Shown piece by piece: positions 39,801 to 54,800 of a DNA stretch of 64,000 bases; position 1 is the stretch's first letter, and every line of letters starts with the position of its first letter. Source of the DNA: Eledone cirrhosa (taxonomy: Eukaryota). Under the pieces are notes generated by a model, which saw only the letters and a list, made by a program, of their open reading frames with translations, ran no database searches and was not told where the DNA came from. Made by a program: the position numbers and the translations under genes. The stretch lies in contig OZ024743.1 of assembly GCA_964016885.1 (NCBI GenBank), forward strand, positions 81,220,001-81,284,000. Reading direction: 5' to 3'.

Positions 39801-42800
39801 GTACCAACTGAACCTAAACCAAGTGTCACGTACCAACTGAACCTAACACGAATGTCATGTACCAACTGAACCTAACCCAAGTGTCATGTACCAAGTGAAC
39901 CTAACCCGAATGTCATGTACCAACTGAACCTAACCCAATTGTCATGTACCAGCTGAACCTAACCCAAGTGTCATGTACCAAGTGAACCTAACCCGAATGT
40001 CATGTACCAACTGAACCTAACCCAATTGTCATGTACCAACTGAACCTAACCCAAGTGTCACGTACCAACTGAACCTAACACGAATGTCATGTACCAACTG
40101 AACCTAATCCAAGTGTCATGTACCAACTGAACCTAACCCAAGTGTCATGTACCAACTGAACCTAACCCAAGTGTCATGTACCAAGTGAACCTAACCCGAA
40201 TGTCATCTACCAATTGAACATAACCCGAATGTCATGTACCAACTGAATGTAACACGAATGTCATGTACCAACTGAACCTAACCCGAGTGTCATGTACCAA
40301 CTGAACCTAACCCGAATGTCATGTACCAACTGAACCTAACCGGAGTGTCATGTACCAATTGAACCTAACCCAAGTGTCATGTACCGAATTAAACTAACCC
40401 AAGTGTCATGTACCAACTGAACCTAACCCAAGTGTCATCTACCAACTGAACCTAACCCGAATGTCATGTACCAACTGAACCTAACCCGAGTGTCATGTAC
40501 CAATTGAACCTAACCCGAGTGTCATGTACCAACTGAACCTAACCCGAATATCATGTACCAACTGAACCTAACCCAAGTGTCATGTACCAATTGAACCTAA
40601 CCCGAGTGTCATGTACCAGCTGAACCTAACCCGAATGTCATGTACTAAATGAACATAACCCAACTGTCATCTACCAACTGAACCTAACCCGAGTGTCATG
40701 TACCAACTGAACCTAACCTGAATGTCATGTACCTACTGAACCTAACCCAAGTGTCATGTACCAACTGAACCTAACCTGAATGTCATGTACCTACTGAACC
40801 TAACCCAAGTGTCATCTACTAATTGCACCTAATCCAAATATCATGTACCAACTGAACCTAATGCAAGTGTCATGTACCAACTGAACCTAACCCAAGAGTC
40901 ATGTACCAATTGAACCTAACCCGAATGTCATGTACTAAATGAACATAACCCTAGTGTCATCTACCAACTGAACCTAACCCGAGTCTCATGTACCAACTGA
41001 ACCTAACCCGGGTGTCATGTACCAACTGAACCTAACCCGAATGTCATGTACCAACTGAACCTAACCCAGTGTCATGTACCAACTGAACCTAACCCGAATG
41101 TCATGTACCAACTGATCCTAACCTGAGTGTCATGTACCAACTGAACCTAACCCAAGTGTCATGTACCAACTGAACCTAACCCGAGTGTCATCTACCAACT
41201 GAACCTAACCCGAGTGTCATGTCCCAACTGAACCTAACCTGAGTGTCATGTACCAATTGAACCTAGCCCGAGTGTCATGTACCAACTGAACCTAACCCAA
41301 GTGTCGTGTACCAACTGAACCTAACCCAAGTGTCATGTACCAACTGAATCTAAGCCAAGTGTCATGTACCAACTGAACCTAACCCAAGTGTCGTGTACCA
41401 ACTGAACCTAACCCGAATGTCATGTACCAACTGTACCTAACCCGAATGTCATGTACCAACTGAATCTAACCCGAATGTCATGTACCAACTGAACCTAACC
41501 CGAATGTCCTGTACCATCTGAACCTAACCAGAGTGTCATGTACCAACTGAACCTAACCCGAGTGTCATGTACCAACTGAACCTAAACCAAGTGTCATCTA
41601 CCAATTGAACCTAACCCAAATGTCATCTACCATCTGAACCTAACCCAAGTGTCATCTACGAACTGAACCTAAACCGAGTGTCATGTACCAACTGAACCTA
41701 AACCGAGTGTCATGTACCAACTGAACCTAACCAAAGTGTCACGTACCAACTGAACCTAACCCGAGTATCATGTACAAACTGAACCTAACCCGAATGTCAT
41801 CTATCAACTGAACCTAACCCGAGTGTCATGTACCAACTGAACCTAACCCGAGTGTCATGTACCAACTGAACCTAACCCGAGTGTCATCTACCAACTGAAC
41901 CTAACTCGAGTGTCATGTACCAACATAACCTAACCCCAATGTCATGTACCAATTAAACCTAACCCGAATGTCATGTACCAAGTGAACCTAACCCAAGTGT
42001 CGTGTACCAACTGAACCTAACCCGAATGTCATGTACCAACTGAACCTAACCCGAATGTCATGTACCAACTGAACCTAACCCCAGTGTCATGTACCAATTG
42101 AACTTAACCCGAGTGTCATGTACCGACTTAACCTAACCCGAGTGTCATGTACCAACTGAACCTAACCCAAGTGTCATGTACCAACTGAACCTAACCCGAG
42201 TGTCATGTACCAACTGAACCTAACCCAAGGGTCATGTACCGACTTAACTTAACCCGAGTGTCATGTTCCAATTGAAACAAACCCGAGTGTCATCTACCAA
42301 CTGAACCTAACCCAAGTGTCACGTACCAACTGGACCTAACCCAAGTGTCATCTACCATCTGAACCTAACCCGAGTGTCATCTACTAATTGAACCTAACCC
42401 GAGTGTCATGTACCAACTGAAACTAACCAAAGTGTCATGTACCAACTGAACGTAACCCAAGTGTCATGTACCAACTGAACCTAACCCAAGTGTCACGTAC
42501 CAACTGAACCTAACCCAAGTGTCATGTACCAACTGAACCTAACCCGAGTGTCATGTACCAACTGAACCTAACCCGAGTGTCATGTACCAACTGAACCTAA
42601 CCCGAGTGTCATGTACCAACTGAACCTAACCTGAATGTCATGTACCAACTGAACCTAACTCAAGTGTCATGTACCAATCGAACCTAACCCAAGTGTCGTC
42701 TACCACCTGAACCTAACCCAAGTGTCACGTACCAACTGAACCTAACCCAAGTGTCACGTACCAACTGAACCTAACCCGAATGTCATGTACCAATTGAACC

Positions 42801-45800
42801 TAACCCGAATGTCATGTAAAAAACTGAACCTAACCCAAGTGTCATGTACCAACTCAACCTAACCCGAGTGTCATGTACCAACTGAACCTAACCCGAATGA
42901 CATGTACCTGCTGAACCTAACCCGAGTGTCATCTACCAACTGAATCTAACCCGAGTGTCATGTATCAACTGAACCTAAACCGTGTGTCATCAACCAACTG
43001 AAACTAACCCGAGTGTCGTCTACCACCTGAACCTAACCCGAATGTCATGTAAAAATTGAACCTAACCCGAGTTTTATGTACCAACTGAACCTAACCCGAA
43101 TGACATGTACCAGCTGAACCTAACCCGAGTGTCATCTACCAACTGAATCTAACCTGAGTGTCATGTACCAACTGCACCTAATCCAAGTGTCATATACCAA
43201 CTGAACCTAACCTGAATGTCATCTACCAATTGAACATAACCCAAGTGTCATGTACCAACTGAACCTAACCCGAGTGTCATCTACCAACTGAACCTCACCC
43301 GAATGTCATCTACCAATTGAACATAACCCAAGTGTCATGTACCAACTGCACCTAACCCAAGTGTCATATACCAGCTGAACCTAACCTGAATGTCATCTAC
43401 CAATTGAACATAACCCAAGTGTCATGTACCAACTGAACCTAACCCGAGTGTCATGTACCAACTGAAACCAACCTGAATGTCATCTACCAACTGAACCTAA
43501 CCCGAGTGTCATGTACCAACTGAACCTAAACCGAGTGTCATCAAGCAACTGAACCTAACCTGAATGTCATCAACCAATTGAACATAACCCAAGTGTCATG
43601 TACCAACTGAACCTAAACCGTGTGTCATCAACCAACTGAACCTAACCTGAATGTCATCTACCAATTGAACATAACCCAAGTGTCATGTACCAACTGAACC
43701 TAAACCGAGTGTCATCAACCAACTGAACCTAACCCGAGTGTCATCTACCAATTGAACATAACCCAAGTGTCATGTACCAACTGAACCTAAACCGAGTGTC
43801 ATCAACCAACTGAACCTAACCTGAATGTCATCTACCAATTGAACATAACCCAAGTGTCATGTACCAACTGAACCTAACCCGAATGTCATGTACCAACTGA
43901 AACTAACCAAAGTGTCATGTACCAACTGAACCTAACCCGAGTGTCATGTACCAACTGAACCTAACCCAAGTGTCATCTACTAACTGAACCTAACCCGAAT
44001 GTCATGTACCAACTGAACCTAACCCAAGTCTCATGTACCAACTGTTCCTAACCCGAATGTCATGTACCAATTGAACATATCCCAAGTGTCATGTACCAAC
44101 TGAACCTAACCTGAATGTCATGTACCAACTGAACCTAACCCAAGTGTCATGTACCAACTGAACCTAACCCGAGTGTCATGTACCAACTGAATCTAACCCG
44201 AGTGTCATGTACCAACTGAACCTAACCCGAGTGTCATGTACCAACTGAACTTAACCCTAGTGTCATCTACCAACTGAACCTAACCCAAGTGTCATGTACC
44301 AACTGAATCTAACCCGAGTGTCATGTACCAACTGAATCTAACCCGAGTGTCATGTACCAACTGAACTTAACCCTAGTGTCATCTACCAACTGAACCTAAC
44401 CCAAGTGTCATGTACCAACTGAATCTAACCCGAGTGTCATGTACCAACTGAATCTAACCCGAGTGTCATGTACCAACTGAACTTAACCCTAGTGTCATCT
44501 ACCAACTGAACCTAACGCGAATGTCATGTACCAAATAAACCTAACCTGAGTGTCATGTACCAACTGAAAATAACCCGAGTGTCATGTTCCAACTGAACAT
44601 AACACGAGTGTCGTCTACCACCTGAACCTGACCCAAGTGTCATGTAACAACTGAACCTAACCAGAATGTTATGTACCAACTGACCCTAACCCAAATGTCA
44701 TGTACCTACTAAACCTAACCCGATTGTCATGTACAAACTGAACCTAACACAAGTGTCATGTACCAACTCAACCTAACCCGAGTGTCATGTAGCAATTGAA
44801 CAGAACCCAAGTGTCATGTACCAACTGAACCTAAACCGAGTGTCATCTACCAACTGAACCTAACCTGAGTGTCATCTACCAATTGAACATAACCCAAGTG
44901 TCATGTACCAACTGAACCTAAACTGAGTGTCATCTACCAACTGAACCTAACCTGAGTGTCATCTACCAATTGAACATAACCCAAGTGTCATGTATCAACC
45001 TAACCTAACCCAAATGTCATGTACCAACTGAACCTAACCCGAGTGTCATGTATCAACTAAACCTAACCTGCGTGTCATGTACCAGCTGAACCTAACCCGA
45101 ATGTCATGTACCAACTGTACCTAACCCAAATGTCATGTACCAATTGAACATAACCCAAGGGTCATGTACCAACTGAACCTAACCCGAGTGTCATGTACCA
45201 ACTGAACCAAACCCAAGTGTCATGTACCAACTGAACCTAACCCGAATGTCATGTACCAAGTGAACCTAACCCAAGTGTCGTGTACCAACTGAACCGAGCC
45301 CGAATGTCATGTACCAACTGAACCTAACCCGAATGTCATGTACCAACTGAACCTAACCCCAATGTCATGTACCAATTGAACTTAACCCGAGTGTCATGTA
45401 CCGACTTAACCTAACGCGAGTGTCATGTACCAACTGAACCTAACCCGAGTGTCATCTACCAACTGAACCTAACGCGAATGTCATGTACCAAATAAACCTA
45501 ACCTGAGTGTCATGTACCAACTGAACCTAACCCGAGTGTCATGTACCAACTGAACCTAACCCAAGTGTCATGTACCAACTGAACCTAACCCGAGTGTCAT
45601 GTACCTACTAAACCTAACCCGATTGTCATGTACAAACTGAACCTAACACAAGTGTCATGTACCAACTCAACCTAACCCGAGTGTCATCTACCAATTGAAC
45701 ATAACCCGTATGTCATCTACTAATTGAACATAACCCAAGTGTCATGTACCAACTAAACTTAACCTGAGTGTCATGTACTTTCTGAACCTAACCCGAATGT

Positions 45801-48800
45801 CATGTACCAACTGAACCTAACCCGAATGTCATCTACCAATTGAACATAACCAGAGTGTCATGTACCAACTGAATGTAACACGAATGTCATGTACCAACTG
45901 AACCTAATCCGAGTGTCATGTACCAACTGAACCTAACCCAAGTGTCATGTACCAACTGAACCTAACCCGAGTGTCATGTACCAACTGAACCTAACCCGAG
46001 TGTCATGTACCAACTGAACCAAACCCAAGTGTCATGTACCAACTGAACCTAACCCGAATGTCATGTACCAAGTGAACCTAACCCAAGTGTCGTGTACCAA
46101 CTGAACCTAGCCCGAATGTCATGTACCAACTGAACCTAACCCGAATGTCATGTACCAACTGAACCTAACCCCAGTGTCATGTACCAATTGAACTTAACCC
46201 GAGTGTCATGTACCGACTTAACCTAACGCGAGTGTCATGTACCAACTGAACCTAACCCGAGTGTCATCTACCAACTGAACCTAACGCGAATGTCATGTAC
46301 CAAATAAACCTAACCTGAGTGTCAGGTACCAAATGAACCTAACCCGAGTGTCATGTACCAACTGAACCTAACCCAAGTGTCATCTACCAACTGAACCTAA
46401 CCCGAGTGTCATGTACCTACTAAACCTAACCCGATTGTCATGTACAAACTGAACCTAACACAAGTGTCATGTATCTAACCCGAGTGTCATGTACCAATTG
46501 AACATAACCCGTATGTCATCTACCAACTGAACCTATCCCTAATGTCATCTACGAATTGAACATAACCCAAGTGTCATGTACCAACTAAACTTAACCTGAG
46601 TGTCATGTACTTTCTGAACCTAACCCGAATGTCATGTACCAACTGCACCTAACCCGAATGTCATCTACCAATTGAACATAACCAGAGTGTCATGTACCAA
46701 CTGAATGTAACACGAATGTCATGTACCAACTGAACCTAATCCGAGTGTCATGTACCAACTGAACCTAACCCAAGTGTCATGTACCAACTGAACCTAACCC
46801 GAGTGTCATGTACCAACTGAACCTAACCCGAGTGTCATGTACCAACTGAACCTAACCCGAGTGTCATGTACCAACTGAACCTAACCCGAATGTCATGTAC
46901 CAATTGAACATAACCCAAGTGTCATGTACCAACTAAACCTAACCCGAATGTCATGTACCAACTGAACCTAAACCAAGTGTCACGTACCAACTGAACCTAA
47001 CACGAATGTCATGTACCAACTGAACCTAACCCAAGTGTCATGTACCAAGTGAACCTAACCCGAATGTCATGTACCAACTGAACCTAACCCAATTGTCATG
47101 TACCAGCTGAACCTAACCCCAGTGTCATGTACCAAGTGAACCTAACCCGAATGTCATGTACCAACTGAACCTAACCCAATTGTCATGTACCAACTGAACC
47201 TAACCCAAGTGTCACGTACCAACTGAACCTAACACGAATGTCATGTACCAACTGAACCTAATCCGAGTGTCATGTACCAACTGAAACTAACCAAAGTGTC
47301 ATGTACCAACTGAACGTAACCCAAGTGTCATGTACCAACTGAACCTAACCCAAGTGTCACGTACCAACTGAACCTAACCCAAGTGTCATGTACCAACTGA
47401 ACCTAACCCGAGTGTCATGTACCAACTGAACCTAACCCGAGTGTCATGTACCAACTGAACCTAACCCGAGTGTCATGTACCAACTGAACCTAACCTGAAT
47501 GTCATGTACCAACTGAACCTAACTCAAGTGTCATGTACCAATCGAACCTAACCCAAGTGTCGTCTACCACCTGAACCTAACCCAAGTGTCACGTACCAAC
47601 TGAACCTAACCGAAGTGTCACGTACCAACTGAACCTAACCCGAATGTCATGTACCAATTGAACCTAACCCGAATGTCATGTAAAAAACTGAACCTAACCC
47701 AAGTGTCATGTACCAACTCAACCTAACCCGAGTGTCATGTACCAACTGAACCTAACCCGAATGACATGTACCTGCTGAACCTAACCCGAGTGTCATCTAC
47801 CAACTGAATCTAACCCGAGTGTCATGTATCAACTGAACCTAAACCGTGTGTCATCAACCAACTGAAACTAACCCGAGTGTCGTCTACCACCTGAACCTAA
47901 CCCGAATGTCATGTAAAAATTGAACCTAACCCGAGTTTTATGTACCAACTGAACCTAACCCGAATGACATGTACCAGCTGAACCTAACCCGAGTGTCATC
48001 TACCAACTGAATCTAACCTGAGTGTCATGTACCAACTGCACCTAATCCAAGTGTCATATACCAACTGAACCTAACCTGAATGTCATCTACCAATTGAACA
48101 TAACCCAAGTGTCATGTACCAACTGAACCTAACCCGAGTGTCATCTACCAACTGAACCTCACCCGAATGTCATCTACCAATTGAACATAACCCAAGTGTC
48201 ATGTACCAACTGCACCTAACCCAAGTGTCATATACCAGCTGAACCTAACCTGAATGTCATCTACCAATTGAACATAACCCAAGTGTCATGTACCAACTGA
48301 ACCTAACCCGAGTGTCATGTACCAACTGAAACCAACCTGAATGTCATCTACCAACTGAACCTAACCCGAGTGTCATGTACCAACTGAACCTAAACCGAGT
48401 GTCATCAAGCAACTGAACCTAACCTGAATGTCATCAACCAATTGAACATAACCCAAGTGTCATGTACCAACTGAACCTAAACCGTGTGTCATCAACCAAC
48501 TGAACCTAACCTGAATGTCATCTACCAATTGAACATAACCCAAGTGTCATGTACCAACTGAACCTAAACCGAGTGTCATCAACCAACTGAACCTAACCCG
48601 AGTGTCATCTACCAATTGAACATAACCCAAGTGTCATGTACCAACTGAACCTAAACCGAGTGTCATCAACCAACTGAACCTAACCTGAATGTCATCTACC
48701 AATTGAACATAACCCAAGTGTCATGTACCAACTGAACCTAACCCGAATGTCATGTACCAACTGAAACTAACCAAAGTGTCATGTACCAACTGAACCTAAC

Positions 48801-51800
48801 CCGAGTGTCATGTACCAACTGAACCTAACCCAAGTGTCATCTACTAACTGAACCTAACCCGAATGTCATGTACCAACTGAACCTAACCCAAGTCTCATGT
48901 ACCAACTGTTCCTAACCCGAATGTCATGTACCAATTGAACATATCCCAAGTGTCATGTACCAACTGAACCTAACCTGAATGTCATGTACCAACTGAACCT
49001 AACCCAAGTGTCATGTACCAACTGAACCTAACCCGAGTGTCATGTACCAACTGAATCTAACCCGAGTGTCATGTACCAACTGAACCTAACCCGAGTGTCA
49101 TGTACCAACTGAACTTAACCCTAGTGTCATCTACCAACTGAACCTAACCCAAGTGTCATGTACCAACTGAATCTAACCCGAGTGTCATGTACCAACTGAA
49201 TCTAACCCGAGTGTCATGTACCAACTGAACTTAACCCTAGTGTCATCTACCAACTGAACCTAACCCAAGTGTCATGTACCAACTGAATCTAACCCGAGTG
49301 TCATGTACCAACTGAATCTAACCCGAGTGTCATGTACCAACTGAACTTAACCCTAGTGTCATCTACCAACTGAACCTAACGCGAATGTCATGTACCAAAT
49401 AAACCTAACCTGAGTGTCATGTACCAACTGAAAATAACCCGAGTGTCATGTTCCAACTGAACATAACACGAGTGTCGTCTACCACCTGAACCTGACCCAA
49501 GTGTCATGTAACAACTGAACCTAACCAGAATGTTATGTACCAACTGACCCTAACCCAAATGTCATGTACCTACTAAACCTAACCCGATTGTCATGTACAA
49601 ACTGAACCTAACACAAGTGTCATGTACCAACTCAACCTAACCCGAGTGTCATGTAGCAATTGAACAGAACCCAAGTGTCATGTACCAACTGAACCTAAAC
49701 CGAGTGTCATCTACCAACTGAACCTAACCTGAGTGTCATCTACCAATTGAACATAACCCAAGTGTCATGTACCAACTGAACCTAAACTGAGTGTCATCTA
49801 CCAACTGAACCTAACCTGAGTGTCATCTACCAATTGAACATAACCCAAGTGTCATGTATCAACCTAACCTAACCCAAATGTCATGTACCAACTGAACCTA
49901 ACCCGAGTGTCATGTATCAACTAAACCTAACCTGCGTGTCATGTACCAGCTGAACCTAACCCGAATGTCATGTACCAACTGTACCTAACCCAAATGTCAT
50001 GTACCAATTGAACATAACCCAAGGGTCATGTACCAACTGAACCTAACCCGAGTGTCATGTACCAACTGAACCAAACCCAAGTGTCGTGTACCAACTGAAC
50101 CGAGCCCGAATGTCATGTACCAACTGAACCTAACCCCAGTGTCATGTACCAATTGAACTTAACCCGAGTGTCATGTACCGACTTAACCTAACGCGAGTGT
50201 CATGTACCAACTGAACCTAACCCGAGTGTCATCTACCAACTGAACCTAACGCGAATGTCATGTACCAAATAAACCTAACCTGAGTGTCATGTACCAACTG
50301 AACCTAACCCGAGTGTCATGTACCAACTGAACCTAACCCAAGTGTCATCTACCAACTGAACCTAACCCGAATGTCATCTACCAACTGAACCTAACCTGAG
50401 TGTCATGTACCAACTGAACCTAACCCAAGTGTCATGTACCAACTGAACCTAACCCGAGTGTCATGTACCTACTAAACCTAACCCGATTGTCATGTACAAA
50501 CTGAACCTAACACAAGTGTCATGTACCAACTCAACCTAACCCGAGTGTCATCTACCAATTGAACATAACCCGTATGTCATCTACTAATTGAACATAACCC
50601 AAGTGTCATGTACCAACTAAACTTAACCTGAGTGTCATGTACTTTCTGAACCTAACCCGAATGTCATGTACCAACTGAACCTAACCCGAATGTCATCTAC
50701 CAATTGAACATAACCAGAGTGTCATGTACCAACTGAATGTAACACGAATGTCATGTACCAACTGAACCTAATCCGAGTGTCATGTACCAACTGAACCTAA
50801 CCCAAGTGTCATGTACCAACTGAACCTAACCCGAGTGTCATGTACCAACTGAACCTAACCCGAGTGTCATGTACCAACTGAACCAAACCCAAGTGTCATG
50901 TACCAACTGAACCTAACCCGAATGTCATGTACCAAGTGAACCTAACCCAAGTGTCGTGTACCAACTGAACCTAGCCCGAATGTCATGTACCAACTGAACC
51001 TAACCCGAATGTCATGTACCAACTGAACCTAACCCCAGTGTCATGTACCAATTGAACTTAACCCGAGTGTCATGTACCGACTTAACCTAACGCGAGTGTC
51101 ATGTACCAACTGAACCTAACCCGAGTGTCATCTACCAACTGAACCTAACGCGAATGTCATGTACCAAATAAACCTAACCTGAGTGTCAGGTACCAAATGA
51201 ACCTAACCCGAGTGTCATGTACCAACTGAACCTAACCCAAGTGTCATCTACCAACTGAACCTAACCCGAGTGTCATGTACCTACTAAACCTAACCCGATT
51301 GTCATGTACAAACTGAACCTAACACAAGTGTCATGTATCTAACCCGAGTGTCATGTACCAATTGAATATAACCCGTATGTCATCTACCAACTGAACCTAT
51401 CCCTAATGTCATCTACGAATTGAACATAACCCAAGTGTCATGTACCAACTAAACTTAACCTGAGTGTCATGTACTTTCTGAACCTAACCCGAATGTCATG
51501 TACCAACTGCACCTAACCCGAATGTCATCTACCAATTGAACATAACCAGAGTGTCATGTACCAACTGAATGTAACACGAATGTCATGTACCAACTGAACC
51601 TAATCCGAGTGTCATGTACCAACTGAACCTAACCCAAGTGTCATGTACCAACTGAACCTAACCCGAGTGTCATGTACCAACTGAACCTAACCCGAGTGTC
51701 ATGTACCAACTGAACCTAACCCGAGTGTCATGTACCAACTGAACCTAACCCGAATGTCATGTACCAATTGAACATAACCCAAGTGTCATGTACCAACTAA

Positions 51801-54800
51801 ACCTAACCCGAATGTCATGTACCAACTGAACCTAAACCAAGTGTCACGTACCAACTGAACCTAACACGAATGTCATGTACCAACTGAACCTAACCCTAGT
51901 GTCATCTACCAACTGAACCTAACCCAAGTGTCATGTACCAACTGAATCTAACCCGAGTGTCATGTACCAACTGAATCTAACCCGAGTGTCATGTACCAAC
52001 TGAACTTAACCCTAGTGTCATCTACCAACTGAACCTAACCCAAGTGTCATGTACCAACTGAATCTAACCCGAGTGTCATGTACCAACTGAATCTAACCCG
52101 AGTGTCATGTACCAACTGAACTTAACCCTAGTGTCATCTACCAACTGAACCTAACGCGAATGTCATGTACCAAATAAACCTAACCTGAGTGTCATGTACC
52201 AACTGAAAATAACCCGAGTGTCATGTTCCAACTGAACATAACACGAGTGTCGTCTACCACCTGAACCTGACCCAAGTGTCATGTAACAACTGAACCTAAC
52301 CAGAATGTTATGTACCAACTGACCCTAACCCAAATGTCATGTACCTACTAAACCTAACCCGATTGTCATGTACAAACTGAACCTAACACAAGTGTCATGT
52401 ACCAACTCAACCTAACCCGAGTGTCATGTAGCAATTGAACAGAACCCAAGTGTCATGTACCAACTGAACCTAAACCGAGTGTCATCTACCAACTGAACCT
52501 AACCTGAGTGTCATCTACCAATTGAACATAACCCAAGTGTCATGTACCAACTGAACCTAAACTGAGTGTCATCTACCAACTGAACCTAACCTGAGTGTCA
52601 TCTACCAATTGAACATAACCCAAGTGTCATGTATCAACCTAACCTAACCCAAATGTCATGTACCAACTGAACCTAACCCGAGTGTCATGTATCAACTAAA
52701 CCTAACCTGCGTGTCATGTACCAGCTGAACCTAACCCGAATGTCATGTACCAACTGTACCTAACCCAAATGTCATGTACCAATTGAACATAACCCAAGGG
52801 TCATGTACCAACTGAACCTAACCCGAGTGTCATGTACCAACTGAACCAAACCCAAGTGTCATGTACCAACTGAACCTAACCCGAATGTCATGTACCAAGT
52901 GAACCTAACCCAAGTGTCGTGTACCAACTGAACCGAGCCCGAATGTCATGTACCAACTGAACCTAACCCCAGTGTCATGTACCAATTGAACTTAACCCGA
53001 GTGTCATGTACCGACTTAACCTAACGCGAGTGTCATGTACCAACTGAACCTAACCCGAGTGTCATCTACCAACTGAACCTAACGCGAATGTCATGTACCA
53101 AATAAACCTAACCTGAGTGTCATGTACCAACTGAACCTAACCCGAGTGTCATGTACCAACTGAACCTAACCCAAGTGTCATCTACCAACTGAACCTAACC
53201 CGAATGTCATCTACCAACTGAACCTAACCTGAGTGTCATGTACCAACTGAACCTAACCCAAGTGTCATGTACCAACTGAACCTAACCCGAGTGTCATGTA
53301 CCTACTAAACCTAACCCGATTGTCATGTACAAACTGAACCTAACACAAGTGTCATGTACCAACTCAACCTAACCCGAGTGTCATCTACCAATTGAACATA
53401 ACCCGTATGTCATCTACTAATTGAACATAACCCAAGTGTCATGTACCAACTAAACTTAACCTGAGTGTCATGTACTTTCTGAACCTAACCCGAATGTCAT
53501 GTACCAACTGAACCTAACCCGAATGTCATCTACCAATTGAACATAACCAGAGTGTCATGTACCAACTGAATGTAACACGAATGTCATGTACCAACTGAAC
53601 CTAATCCGAGTGTCATGTACCAACTGAACCTAACCCAAGTGTCATGTACCAACTGAACCTAACCCGAGTGTCATGTACCAACTGAACCTAACCCGAGTGT
53701 CATGTACCAACTGAACCAAACCCAAGTGTCATGTACCAACTGAACCTAACCCGAATGTCATGTACCAAGTGAACCTAACCCAAGTGTCGTGTACCAACTG
53801 AACCTAGCCCGAATGTCATGTACCAACTGAACCTAACCCGAATGTCATGTACCAACTGAACCTAACCCCAGTGTCATGTACCAATTGAACTTAACCCGAG
53901 TGTCATGTACCGACTTAACCTAACGCGAGTGTCATGTACCAACTGAACCTAACCCGAGTGTCATCTACCAACTGAACCTAACGCGAATGTCATGTACCAA
54001 ATAAACCTAACCTGAGTGTCAGGTACCAAATGAACCTAACCCGAGTGTCATGTACCAACTGAACCTAACCCAAGTGTCATCTACCAACTGAACCTAACCC
54101 GAGTGTCATGTACCTACTAAACCTAACCCGATTGTCATGTACAAACTGAACCTAACACAAGTGTCATGTATCTAACCCGAGTGTCATGTACCAATTGAAT
54201 ATAACCCGTATGTCATCTACCAACTGAACCTATCCCTAATGTCATCTACGAATTGAACATAACCCAAGTGTCATGTACCAACTAAACTTAACCTGAGTGT
54301 CATGTACTTTCTGAACCTAACCCGAATGTCATGTACCAACTGCACCTAACCCGAATGTCATCTACCAATTGAACATAACCAGAGTGTCATGTACCAACTG
54401 AATGTAACACGAATGTCATGTACCAACTGAACCTAATCCGAGTGTCATGTACCAACTGAACCTAACCCAAGTGTCATGTACCAACTGAACCTAACCCGAG
54501 TGTCATGTACCAACTGAACCTAACCCGAGTGTCATGTACCAACTGAACCTAACCCGAGTGTCATGTACCAACTGAACCTAACCCGAATGTCATGTACCAA
54601 TTGAACATAACCCAAGTGTCATGTACCAACTAAACCTAACCCGAATGTCATGTACCAACTGAACCTAAACCAAGTGTCACGTACCAACTGAACCTAACAC
54701 GAATGTCATGTACCAACTGAACCTAACCCAAGTGTCATGTACCAAGTGAACCTAACCCGAATGTCATGTACCAACTGAACCTAACCCAATTGTCATGTAC

